Positions 29,372-38,963 of a DNA stretch of 64,000 bases are shown piece by piece (the stretch's first letter is position 1; every line of letters starts with the position of its first letter). Source of the stretch: Deltaproteobacteria bacterium (lineage in GTDB: Bacteria > Desulfobacterota_D > UBA1144 > Nemesobacterales > CSP1-2). The notes beneath the pieces are model-generated. The model was not told the DNA's origin. It worked only from the letters and a program-made list of their open reading frames with translations, and made no database searches. Both the position numbers and the translations under genes were made by a program. The stretch covers positions 128,001-192,000 of the forward strand of contig JBQTHB010000005.1 in the NCBI GenBank assembly GCA_052390235.1, given 5' to 3'.

Positions 29372-29983
29372 ATGTTCATCACGTTTGAAGGCACAGAGGG
29401 GAGCGGGAAAACCACACAGGCTCACTTGCTCAAGGAATTTCTTGAGTCGAGGGGATTTGCGGCTTCCTACACGCGGGAGCCGGGATGGGGAGCTTTGGGA
29501 AAGCTCATACGCGCCGTAATCCTAGACGAGAGGGATTTGGCCCTCGACCCGACGGCGGAGTTGTGCCTGTTCTGCGCCGACCGCGCTCAGCACGTCAAGG
29601 ATTTCATCAAGCCTAGGCTCAAGGCAGGAGAGGTCGTCATCTGCGATAGATACGCCGATTCTACCCTCGTGTATCAGGGAGTCGCCCGCAAACTCGATTC
29701 GGATTTGGTAAAGAGGCTCGCCAAGGCCTCAACCCTCGGAGTCGTTCCCGATTTGACGATACTCCTAGACCTAGAGGTGCGCTACGGGCTTCAGAGGCTC
29801 GGCGCAAGGGGGGAGAGAACAAAAATGGACGAAGAGCCAGTCGAATTTCACGAGCAAATCCGAGACGGCTACCTGAGCATAGCCCGCAGAGAACCGACGA
29901 GAATAATCAAATTAGACGCATCAAAGAGCATCGAGGAAATCCAAGAAGAGATACGCAAGCTCGTCATCAAGCGCATGGCTTAG
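29372..29983 (+). CDS. tmk: Thymidylate kinase
   Basis: FEGTEGSGKTT, TREPG, ICDRY, PDLT. Confidence 0.96.
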   Translation: MFITFEGTEGSGKTTQAHLLKEFLESRGFAASYTREPGWGALGKLIRAVILDERDLALDPTAELCLFCADRAQHVKDFIKPRLKAGEVVICDRYADSTLVYQGVARKLDSDLVKRLAKASTLGVVPDLTILLDLEVRYGLQRLGARGERTKMDEEPVEFHEQIRDGYLSIARREPTRIIKLDASKSIEEIQEEIRKLVIKRMA

Positions 29984-30039
29984 GGCGGTTCCCTCTCTTT
30001 GGCGCGTGGTTTACCAGTCTGACCACCGGCGGACTATGA

Positions 30040-31038
30040 ATGTTCTTCTCACAGCTTATAGGAAACGAATCTCAGAAAATCTCGCTACTGCGCGCCGTCC
30101 GCGAGGGTAGAGTCTCGCACGCCTACCTCTTTTACGGATTAGATGGCGTGGGCAAAAAGCTGTTCGCGTTTGAATTCGCCAAAGCCCTCAACTGCCTGCG
30201 CCCTCTCGAACAAGCCAGTGAGCCGTGCCTGTGCCAATCATGCAGGAAAATTGAGAAATCAATTCACCCGGACGTTTTTTTAGTCAAGTCGCAGGGGTCG
30301 AGAGATATAAAAATTGACCAAATCAGGCAGGAAGTCGAAGAGCGCGTCGCCCTGAGACCGTTCGAGGGCAGATTCAAAGTCGCAATAGTTGACCAAGCCG
30401 AGCGTATGAACCCAAACGCCCAGAACGCATTCCTCAAAACCCTCGAAGAGCCTCCGCCGGATTCGGTGATAATTCTCGTCTCCTCGAAGCCGGAGTCGCT
30501 CCTTGCAACCATCCGCTCGCGGTGTCAGCCGGTTGAGTTCGGGGCGCTCGCCGAGAGGGACATCGTTCGGGAGGTCGCCAAGCGGGGCGCGCTCGGAGAG
30601 GAGGAGATAAAAATAGCGGCGAAGCTCTCAGGCGGCAGCTTGGCAAAAGCCCTCGCCCTTGATGCCGGCGCTCTGTCGTCAAGACGGGAGATAATATTAA
30701 AGCTCTCAGGGATAAACCCGAACCGCGCATCAGATGTGATAGGACTGGCGGAGTTTCTACTCAAGCAAGGCGAAGAGGACGCAGACTCGCTCGAATTCAT
30801 ATTCGAGGTCGTAGCAATGTGGCTTCGAGACCTCCTTCTGCTCAAGATAGGATTCGGCACGGAGGATTTATCTAACGAGGATTTAGCGGGGGTCTGCCAG
30901 AGAGTAGCCGAGAAGTGGACTCGCCGGAATATCTTGGATAAGATAGAAGCTCTCGAAGCCGTGAGATACGCCGTGTTCCGAGCTAACGCGAATAAGCAAA
31001 TCGCCCTGCAGAACCTGCTCCTGAAAATAGCGGGCTGA
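30040..31038 (+). CDS. holB: DNA polymerase III delta' subunit
   Basis: HAYLF, C...PCLCQSC zinc module, HPD, NAFLKTLEEPP, TIRSRC; follows tmk. Confidence 0.94.
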   Translation: MFFSQLIGNESQKISLLRAVREGRVSHAYLFYGLDGVGKKLFAFEFAKALNCLRPLEQASEPCLCQSCRKIEKSIHPDVFLVKSQGSRDIKIDQIRQEVEERVALRPFEGRFKVAIVDQAERMNPNAQNAFLKTLEEPPPDSVIILVSSKPESLLATIRSRCQPVEFGALAERDIVREVAKRGALGEEEIKIAAKLSGGSLAKALALDAGALSSRREIILKLSGINPNRASDVIGLAEFLLKQGEEDADSLEFIFEVVAMWLRDLLLLKIGFGTEDLSNEDLAGVCQRVAEKWTRRNILDKIEALEAVRYAVFRANANKQIALQNLLLKIAG

Positions 31039-31114
31039 TGTCAGGCAGGCGCAGACGGAGCAATAGCTGGCGGCGAGGCGGCTGCCCGCGATATTATAGA
31101 AACTGGAGAGCCAG

Positions 31115-32650
31115 ATGGCTAAATCGTTTTACATCACAACCCCGATTTACTACGTCAACGACGCGCCGCACATCGGACACGCCTATACCACTGTCGCCGC
31201 CGACGCCATTGCCAGATACAGGAGACTGCGCGGGGACGACGTATTTTTTCTCACCGGCACGGACGAACACGGGCAGAAAATCGAGCGCGCCGCCGAAGCC
31301 ACGGGCGAGAGCCCAATGGAGCTTGCCAGCCGCGTCGTGCTGAGATTTAAAGGACTCTGGGAGAGTCTGAATATATCGAACTCGGATTTCATCAGAACCA
31401 CCGAGCCGAGACATAAGCGAGCCGTAGCGCAGATTTTCAAGACCATTGAGCAGAGGGGCGACATTTACCTCGGCGAATACGAGGGCTGGTACGATGTGAG
31501 AAATGAGGCTTTCATCACCGAAACCCAGCTTGAAGAACTCCTCGCCATTGCAGTTGAAAAACGCCCGCCGCTGGAGAGAGTCAAAGAGGAGAGCTACTTC
31601 TTCAGGCTCTCCAGATTCCAAGAGCGCCTCCTCAAATTCTACGATGAAAACCCCGACTTCATCCAGCCCTCCTATAGGAGAAACGAGGTCGTCCGCTTCG
31701 TCGAGGGCGGACTCAGGGACCTGAGCGTAAGCCGCACGTCGTTCAAGTGGGGAATTCCCGTGCCAGGGAATGAGCATCACGTGATATATGTCTGGTTCGA
31801 CGCGCTTACAAATTATCTCACCGCCGCCGGATACCCGGACGACCCCGAGAGGTTCAGCCGCATTTGGGAGGCGGATGTTCACCTCGTAGGCAAAGACATA
31901 CTGCGGTTTCACGCCGTCTATTGGCCCGCGTTTCTGATGTCTGCGGGACTGCCCCTGCCCAAAAAGGTATTCGCCCACGGCTGGTGGACTGTCGAGGGGG
32001 AGAAGATGTCCAAATCCCTCGGAAACGTGGTTGACCCGTACAAAATAGCAGATGAATTCGGGGTGGACGCCTTCAGGTATTTTCTCCTCCGCGAGATGCC
32101 GTTTGGGCAGGACGGGGATTTCTCGAAACCCGCTCTTGTGGGGCGCATAAACGGGGATTTAGCCAACGGACTCGGCAACTTGGTGAGCCGCTCGCTTGGG
32201 ATGATAGAGCGGTATTTGGGGGGGAGGGTTGCCGAACCGGCGGCTTTCGAGGCGGCGGATACGCAAGTGCAGGAGAGATTTGCGCAGACAATTGCCGAGC
32301 TGGAGCGCGCTATGGGCGAAACGGCGTTTCACAAGGCTCTCGCCTCAATTTGGGAATTCATCGCCTCGGTGAATAAATACGTGGACGATTCCCAGCCTTG
32401 GACGCTCGCCAAACACGGGAAAACGGAGCGTCTTAAAACCGTGCTGTGGACGCTCGCCGCATCCATCGAAGCCGCCGCCATCCTGATTTATCCATTCATG
32501 CCGAAAACGGCGGATGTGATTTGGGCGAGGCTCGGACATGAGGATTCCATAGCGGCCCAGACGGGGGCAAATCCCAACTCTTGGGGAGCGCTTACGGCAG
32601 GGCGCTTGGTGAATAAGGGCGAGGCAATTTTTCCGAGAATTAAAGAGTGA
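31115..32650 (+). CDS. metG: Methionine--tRNA ligase (short MetRS1 type)
   Basis: ITTPIYYVN..PHIGH, GTDEHG, YVWFDAL, KMSKS. No C-terminal tRNA-binding domain. Confidence 0.97.
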   Translation: MAKSFYITTPIYYVNDAPHIGHAYTTVAADAIARYRRLRGDDVFFLTGTDEHGQKIERAAEATGESPMELASRVVLRFKGLWESLNISNSDFIRTTEPRHKRAVAQIFKTIEQRGDIYLGEYEGWYDVRNEAFITETQLEELLAIAVEKRPPLERVKEESYFFRLSRFQERLLKFYDENPDFIQPSYRRNEVVRFVEGGLRDLSVSRTSFKWGIPVPGNEHHVIYVWFDALTNYLTAAGYPDDPERFSRIWEADVHLVGKDILRFHAVYWPAFLMSAGLPLPKKVFAHGWWTVEGEKMSKSLGNVVDPYKIADEFGVDAFRYFLLREMPFGQDGDFSKPALVGRINGDLANGLGNLVSRSLGMIERYLGGRVAEPAAFEAADTQVQERFAQTIAELERAMGETAFHKALASIWEFIASVNKYVDDSQPWTLAKHGKTERLKTVLWTLAASIEAAAILIYPFMPKTADVIWARLGHEDSIAAQTGANPNSWGALTAGRLVNKGEAIFPRIKE

Positions 32651-32777
32651 TATTGACAATTTTTGTTTCCGTCCTATGCAATGGGTTTCATTTTTGAGTA
32701 CCTTAAAAGGGGCTCGCAAAACCCATCTGCGGCAAAATATTCTATAATTCCAAGAGCTTAGCTTTTTCTACTCCCTC

Positions 32778-32792
32778 TGGCACACATATTGC
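32778..32792 (+). promoter_or_regulatory. sigma54 (-24/-12) promoter for the riboswitch-pilY1 transcript
   Basis: TGGCAC-ACATA-TTGC, an exact consensus match with correct spacing. Confidence 0.85.
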
Positions 32793-32853
32793 CTCACAAA
32801 CAATCGAGGTAAGACCCTTCTTCGCATTGATTGCGGCATCCATCGCCGCAGGT

Positions 32854-32957
32854 CTTAACCGAAAGGGCATACCATCCGAAAGGGTGGGACGCAAAGCCTT
32901 CGACCTACGTTCATTGGGCAGTTGACGGTGAATACGGTGGCCGGGTTGCCGAAGTAG
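32854..32957 (+). ncRNA. Cyclic di-GMP-I (GEMM-I) riboswitch aptamer
   Basis: GGGCATACCATCCGAAAGGGTGGGACGCAAAGCC...GGTGGCCGGGTTGCCGA aligns position by position with the Vc2 aptamer: GAAA tetraloop, GACGCAAAGCC junction, extended P3 (TTCATTG/CGGTGAA). Confidence 0.93.
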
Positions 32958-33095
32958 AGACGCTTTTTCGTCCGCATCACTTTACTTTACGCGCCACCTC
33001 GAGGGATTTCCCCCTAACGGTTCAAGATTCGTGGAAGGAGACAACCTGGGGGGGACAGAGGCAATTGTCCCGAAATCCATTGTGGGAGGCGTAGA

Positions 33096-36000
33096 GTGAT
33101 GAATTTAGGATTCCTGGGCCGCAGGGGCAGATTACTGTTAGCCGTCATCTCGATGTTGTTCTCATCAACGCTCGCTTATGGGGACGACATCACAAAGAAC
33201 CAATCAGAGGATTTAAACCTCCTCATCTCGCAGTTCGTAGGAGGCGAGGCAAACGCCCTTCTAATAATGGATTTATCAAGCTCGATGGGGGTGAATTTCG
33301 GAGGGTCGAACATCGGCAATTGGGACAGCATCTCAAATTCCGCCTCTTCAACCGTACTCGACTGCGAAAGCGTGTTCTGCGACGGTATAGGGGGGTGCGA
33401 CGGCGGCGATATTCTCGGAATTCCGGGGCATTTGCTGCAGCGTGTTCTCGCCTCTCACTGCGCGGAAAACACGGCGAACACGAGCGTCTGCGGCTCAAAG
33501 AACTGCAAAAACGGCGTCTGCGAGGAAGCCGAAGAATTTAACAACCAGCTCGCCTGCGTCCTGCCGTTGGTGGGAAACACGATTTCACTTCTTAACCCGA
33601 TTTTTACCCTAGTGTGCGGAGGGCCCGGCTCGGGTTCATGCGTTACCCCCAAAGAGCGCGCTCTTGCGGCGGCGCTCATGGAGGAACTCGGAGGCATCAG
33701 CACAGACCCGAATCTGAGCCTTGGACTTGGACAGTGCTTCAAGGCTCTTAACTGCAATATCGGAATCGGCTCAGGCACGCTCGGATTTCTCACCTGCTAC
33801 ACTGCGGTAAACTACAATAACTTCAAAGCCTGCATGGCAAACCTGCAGCCTATAACCTACACACAAACCCTGCTTGAGGGACTCCTTCAGCCCGTGCCCG
33901 CCCACCTGAGACGCTCTCCCGCCTGCACCGGCGGAACGCCAAACTGCCGAGGGGTGCCTCAGTACGGAAGCTCCCGCGTGGACGTAGCGCTCGATGTCAT
34001 ATTTGACCTGCTCGACGCCGACGACTCCCTCAACGCTAAAATGTGCAACGACTCGAATATGCTCTACAACAACGCAAGCACGAGCGTGAGCTGCAGAAAT
34101 TATATGGAAACCCCGTTCAGAGAAGTAAGCGCGAAGGTCAGGGGCACGGGAAGCGGCTCTGACCTGCCCACAACCCCGGCAAAACCGCTCATCAACGAAC
34201 TCACAAACAGCGACTCCAGCGTTCTGAAAAATAGATTCCGGGCAATGACCTTCTCAGGAGCCCACTGGGCAGGATGCAGCGCAAACTCCACGTTTCAGGT
34301 CGCCCAAGGCGGATTCGCGGGACAGAGCGAGCTTAAATTTCAAAACACCTGGAAGCACTTCAGAGGCGCGGGACAGGCAAAGGGAGGGTCTCCGCTCGCC
34401 CTCGCCCTAGGATTCGACGACAACAACGGAAACGGAAACGGCGGCGGCAATATCGTAAACGACGACGCCCTTGGAATTTACAGAGTGGAGCTTCAAAGCG
34501 ACCCCGCAATCTCCTGCAGACCGGAGTTTGTCGTGGTCATCACAGACGGAGACGACACCTGCTCTGGGGACTGCGGGGCGACCCCTGAGTCCTGCACCGG
34601 AGCGACGAGTCAGCTTGCGGGACTGCTGGATCTGCAACTCGCGCTCTGCAGCACGGTACTCTCCCCTCTCCTATGCGCAATTACCCCTCTGCCAACATTA
34701 GAGCCTCTGCTCTGCTCCCTCCTCCCTACACTCTGCGGCAAAACCCTGCCCCCTACTACAAACGCAAACCGCAGAAGCTCCATCCAAGCCACAAGCAACC
34801 TCAGAACCTATTACGCGAGAAACCCAGTGTCGAACCGCGGAGAGGTGTTCAAAAAAGAGGTTTTGACGTTCGTTATTTCCATGGGCGCAAAAGACGCCGC
34901 CGCAATTAGAACCGCAAACGCCATGGCTCTTGCAGGAGGCACTCACAGCGCCGGCGTCATACAGCACACAGGCCCGAACGGAGCAAGCGTGGGAACGGTT
35001 GATATTGACGCAATTCTCATCGGCTCCGGCAACTCCGTATATAGAAACATCGGCAAAGCCCTAGGGATTGACACAAACGCATCTGGCGCTCAGCTTGCCA
35101 ATTGCAAAACCCCCAGCGAGAGCGGCTCGTGCAGTTTCCAAAGCGCCGCCGTTTTCAGCAACACCTACTTTGCCTCGGCGGGGCCACTGGAGTCCACAGC
35201 CAAGGGCGAGAGCTTCGCCTTCTTCGTCAACAGCGCCCCGGAACTAGCCGACGCCCTTCAAACCATCCTCGGATTTATTGACACCTTCACCACTTCTGGC
35301 ATCTCGCCCACCGCCCCTCAGTCCTCAACGAGCGTCGCGCTGAGGGACAGGATATTTCTCTCCGTGCTGACTCCCATCACCGATAAACGCCTGTGGCAGG
35401 GGAGAATGGCTCTCTACGGATTCATTGACAACCCAAACAACGCTGGAGGCAAATTGGTAGTTGACAGCACTTCGTCTCAGAACGAGATATTCAACGACGA
35501 CGGCTCGCTCAATGAGTTCGCCAAGAATTTCTACTGGGAAGTAGGCAAGAACCTAGCCGAGAGAAATCTGACCTCCGACCCAAGAAGGCTCTTTACAGTC
35601 AATAGGCTCGCCGACACCGACACCACGACAAACGCAGGAGTCGTAGAAACGATAAGACACAGGGGAGAGACGACGAATTTTAACCTCTCCAATACGGCGC
35701 TTACACCGGAGACATTCGGCATAAGCGATGCAGATGTTACGAGCCCTATACCCTCCTACTGCGCCGCCGGCGGGATTACAAACTGCTCAACCAGCTGCGC
35801 CGATGTGTCTAGCACGGCGTGTAGAACGTGCGTCAAAGGGTGCATCAAAAATAGAGTAATTGATTTCATGAGCGGCAACACCGGCATTGAGCCCGTCGGA
35901 GACCCCATGGGAGGCCCTAAGAGCGGAGGGCAGAGCGCGGATTCCATCGGATATAACTGCTTCGACGCAGTGGCAGGCACGGGGAGTTTCGCAAACTGCT

Positions 36001-37967
36001 CCGTAAGGCTCGGAGACATATTTCACTCCGTCCCGGTTGTGGTAGGGTCTCCATCGCCGCTCTTTTTCGACGAGGGATTTCAAAACTTCGCAAAAGCCTT
36101 CAAAAACCGCTCAGCCGCCATTTACGTCGGGGCGAACGACGGCTTCATGCACTCGTTCCACGCAGGCGAGCTCGTTACAAACCTCTCGACGGCTAATCCG
36201 TTTACGAAGAAGCAGGAATCCATACCGTTTTTTAATGAAGGCACGGGCAAGGAGCTTTTCGGATTCGCCCCGCCGTCGTTTCTGCCGGATTCCATCGCCC
36301 CCACAAGCCCGGTTAATAAAAGCCCAGATCTGCCCGCCGGGGCAATTTCGGGCATAACCCCGCCCGATTACAGATTTGGCGACTTTAAGTCATTTATCAC
36401 CGACAATTCCTACGAGAGGTCATTTTTTGACGGCTCGCCTCTGGTACTAGACGTTTTCATTGACGGATATCTAAATGGAATCGCCAACAGCGCCGCCTGC
36501 ACAAGCGCCCCCGCCCTCGACGGGACAATTGACCCCTGCGGGAAGGAGTGGCATACGATTCTTATAGCCGGCTACAGAAACGGAGGCGGCGCATATACCG
36601 CCCTCGACGTGAGCAACGTCAAATGCTCGGACGGCAGTTGCAGTTCCATTGGGAAGCACAAATCCGCAGGAGCGGACTATCCCAGACACCTGTGGACGAC
36701 TTTCGATAAACACTTCGGAAACACCTGGTCGGAGCCAGTAGCCGCAAGGGTGAGAATGACGGCTCAGGACGGCGGCGGGGCGAGCATCACAACTGACAGA
36801 TGGGTAATATTTGCCGGAGGAGGCATTGACCCCACCGACACCGACCCCACAAACGGAGTCAATTTCAGCAACGCATTTTATGCAATTGACATTGCTACCG
36901 GCAAAATCATATTCAAATTTCACCCCAGCGGAAGCCTCGCAAACGACGATAAAATGGTGTGCGACATGGCGGCTGAGCCGGGGGTGTTCGACCTCAACGC
37001 CGACGGATACGCGGATTTAGTCTATATCGGAGATACCTGCGGCAGACTCTGGAGGTTTGATGTATCCCAGCCCGTCTCCGGCGGCAGCGTCGCTTCTCTG
37101 GGACTCAAGGGAAATGGCAGCATCCAAGCCCCGAACTGGACGGGCGACATCGCCTTTTGCGCCAACACGACTGCCGAGTGCGCTAAGGCGTTCAATCGCC
37201 CGACGACCGCCAGACAGCCCATTTTCTTCGCCCCTACCGTTACACTTGACGACATCGGCAGGAGGCACGTTATTTTCTCCACGGGCAATAGGAGAAACCC
37301 GACCGACCTGGCTCAATCTGGAAAGCTCTATAATTTTATTGACGGATTCATCCCATCCTACTTGGCGGGAGGTTCGGCGGTTGCCGCATCAATGAAAACC
37401 GAAGGCAGTTTCGCCTCCGGTCAAATCATTGACATCGTCCCTCAGACAATATCAGGAGGCACGCTTGAGCAGTTCACTGTAACCGGGGGTTCGGGAATCG
37501 GCAATCTAGGGGAGTTCATGGTGAGATTCCCGAATAACGGCGCGACCAACAACCCGGGCGGCGAAAAGGGGTTCGGCACCCCTATTGTGCTTAACCGAGT
37601 GCTCGTGTTCAGCACCTTCGCCCCGCCGACCGACACTGCGGCAAATCCCTGTTCGAGCGGCACTGGATTTGGAAGGGTATTTGCCCTCGACTACTTGACC
37701 GGGCAGGCGGCTCTTATCAGGGTGCCGGGTTCAAGGGATCTCCTTCAGGGAACAAACACGCAAAAATCACAGGCTGTAGGGATTACCGTAGCCGAGGGGA
37801 TGCCCACTCCGGCGCAGCTGACCTTCGGGGCTAGGGGGTCTGTCGTGATGACAGTCGCCTTCACGGGAAGCGCCTCGGCTGGAGGCTCGCAGTTTCTAGT
37901 GTGGGAGCTTCCCCCGCTCCCGGCGAGGAATCAGTCTCTGTTCTGGGAAGAGCCGCTCGGAAGTTAG
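33096..37967 (+). CDS. pilY1: PilY1/PilC-like type IV pilus tip adhesin, paralog 1 (Cys-rich, vWA + beta-propeller)
   Basis: Signal peptide (AYG|DD), MIDAS DLSSS...TDG, RLGDIFHS.P, YVGANDGFMH, GNTWSEP, Ca loop DLNADGYAD. Confidence 0.9.
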   Translation: MMNLGFLGRRGRLLLAVISMLFSSTLAYGDDITKNQSEDLNLLISQFVGGEANALLIMDLSSSMGVNFGGSNIGNWDSISNSASSTVLDCESVFCDGIGGCDGGDILGIPGHLLQRVLASHCAENTANTSVCGSKNCKNGVCEEAEEFNNQLACVLPLVGNTISLLNPIFTLVCGGPGSGSCVTPKERALAAALMEELGGISTDPNLSLGLGQCFKALNCNIGIGSGTLGFLTCYTAVNYNNFKACMANLQPITYTQTLLEGLLQPVPAHLRRSPACTGGTPNCRGVPQYGSSRVDVALDVIFDLLDADDSLNAKMCNDSNMLYNNASTSVSCRNYMETPFREVSAKVRGTGSGSDLPTTPAKPLINELTNSDSSVLKNRFRAMTFSGAHWAGCSANSTFQVAQGGFAGQSELKFQNTWKHFRGAGQAKGGSPLALALGFDDNNGNGNGGGNIVNDDALGIYRVELQSDPAISCRPEFVVVITDGDDTCSGDCGATPESCTGATSQLAGLLDLQLALCSTVLSPLLCAITPLPTLEPLLCSLLPTLCGKTLPPTTNANRRSSIQATSNLRTYYARNPVSNRGEVFKKEVLTFVISMGAKDAAAIRTANAMALAGGTHSAGVIQHTGPNGASVGTVDIDAILIGSGNSVYRNIGKALGIDTNASGAQLANCKTPSESGSCSFQSAAVFSNTYFASAGPLESTAKGESFAFFVNSAPELADALQTILGFIDTFTTSGISPTAPQSSTSVALRDRIFLSVLTPITDKRLWQGRMALYGFIDNPNNAGGKLVVDSTSSQNEIFNDDGSLNEFAKNFYWEVGKNLAERNLTSDPRRLFTVNRLADTDTTTNAGVVETIRHRGETTNFNLSNTALTPETFGISDADVTSPIPSYCAAGGITNCSTSCADVSSTACRTCVKGCIKNRVIDFMSGNTGIEPVGDPMGGPKSGGQSADSIGYNCFDAVAGTGSFANCSVRLGDIFHSVPVVVGSPSPLFFDEGFQNFAKAFKNRSAAIYVGANDGFMHSFHAGELVTNLSTANPFTKKQESIPFFNEGTGKELFGFAPPSFLPDSIAPTSPVNKSPDLPAGAISGITPPDYRFGDFKSFITDNSYERSFFDGSPLVLDVFIDGYLNGIANSAACTSAPALDGTIDPCGKEWHTILIAGYRNGGGAYTALDVSNVKCSDGSCSSIGKHKSAGADYPRHLWTTFDKHFGNTWSEPVAARVRMTAQDGGGASITTDRWVIFAGGGIDPTDTDPTNGVNFSNAFYAIDIATGKIIFKFHPSGSLANDDKMVCDMAAEPGVFDLNADGYADLVYIGDTCGRLWRFDVSQPVSGGSVASLGLKGNGSIQAPNWTGDIAFCANTTAECAKAFNRPTTARQPIFFAPTVTLDDIGRRHVIFSTGNRRNPTDLAQSGKLYNFIDGFIPSYLAGGSAVAASMKTEGSFASGQIIDIVPQTISGGTLEQFTVTGGSGIGNLGEFMVRFPNNGATNNPGGEKGFGTPIVLNRVLVFSTFAPPTDTAANPCSSGTGFGRVFALDYLTGQAALIRVPGSRDLLQGTNTQKSQAVGITVAEGMPTPAQLTFGARGSVVMTVAFTGSASAGGSQFLVWELPPLPARNQSLFWEEPLGS

Positions 37968-38134
37968 CTCTCTAGTAACGGAGTCAATGGTCTTTTGTTG
38001 ATTCGCCGAATGCTGGCGGCGGATTCGGGAGAGGCGCAAAAAGTTGCGCCCGAAGTGAAAATTTATTCATATCCACAAGACGGAGTCAGATGAAATATCC
38101 ATTAATTTAGGGGAGGGTTAGATTTACCCCCTTG

Positions 38135-38149
38135 TGGCATTATAATTGT
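38135..38149 (+). promoter_or_regulatory. Putative sigma54 promoter for the pilV operon
   Basis: TGGCAT-TATAA-TTGT, two mismatches to consensus, 43 nt before pilV. Confidence 0.55.
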
Positions 38150-38192
38150 ACTATAATAGCGCGTAACCTATATATCATGGCGGAATCGGCAG

Positions 38193-38894
38193 ATGATTCG
38201 AGTGAAGGATGAAAACGGATTTACTTTTATCGAAATTCTGATAGCTCTCGCGATAATGGCTTTCGGATTTCTCGCCATGGCTCAGATGGAATTCCTTTCG
38301 CTGAAGCAGAAACAGCTCGCCGAGGCGGGAACCATAGCAACGAACATGATTCAATTTATCAGCGACAGGGACATGGCTGAGGTAAAGCGCAGATACCTCT
38401 TAAATTCGGCTGTGTATTCGGACGCGCAGGCGGGGAGAACCCCCAATATGCTCTACTGCGACGGCTCTTCGGACGCCGTGTGCGGAGCCTGCCCCTGCGA
38501 CCCCTTGGAAGCGGTTACGGCTAATCCAGACGACGGCGTTTCGGAGAACTCCTGCGCCGCGCTGAATAGCAGAAATCCCGACCCAAGCCTCCTGCAATTC
38601 AGGGCTACAAAAGCGCTTTGCCAGGCGGACGCCGCCGCTCTGCCCGCAGGAAGCCCCGCGCTTTATGTAACGAAACTGGCTACGACCGACTCCGAAACGG
38701 TAAATGGGGTTGAGGTGCTTACGGTGTCCATCGGATACGCCATAAAAACGCCGGCGCAGTTTGCCGAGACCCCCTTCAGCGGCGACATTCGGGACTCTCT
38801 GGCAAGCCAAACCTATGAAATTACGGCGCAGATTGACAACTATACCGATATTATCGCGGGATGGAGCCAAGTGCGCGTCCCGCACGTGCCGTAA
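38193..38894 (+). CDS. pilV: PilV-like minor pilin
   Basis: Prepilin motif G|FTFIEILIALAIMAFG; first gene of the V-W-X-Y1 order. Confidence 0.8.
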   Translation: MIRVKDENGFTFIEILIALAIMAFGFLAMAQMEFLSLKQKQLAEAGTIATNMIQFISDRDMAEVKRRYLLNSAVYSDAQAGRTPNMLYCDGSSDAVCGACPCDPLEAVTANPDDGVSENSCAALNSRNPDPSLLQFRATKALCQADAAALPAGSPALYVTKLATTDSETVNGVEVLTVSIGYAIKTPAQFAETPFSGDIRDSLASQTYEITAQIDNYTDIIAGWSQVRVPHVP

Positions 38895-38963
38895 GAATTG
38901 AGCGAATGCGGCGACGGGATTCGGTTCCGCCCATTCCTGCCGATGATGAAAGGAGATTAGAGA

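Noticed and set aside
31038..31978. Long alternative-frame and antisense ORFs over metG (and similar shadow ORFs over murA, comM and SCO)
   Set aside because: They overlap well-supported genes and are expected artefacts of GC-rich codon usage.
32831..33094. 87-aa ORF upstream of pilY1-1
   Set aside because: It coincides with the riboswitch and leader, has a TTG start without an RBS, and does not look protein-like.
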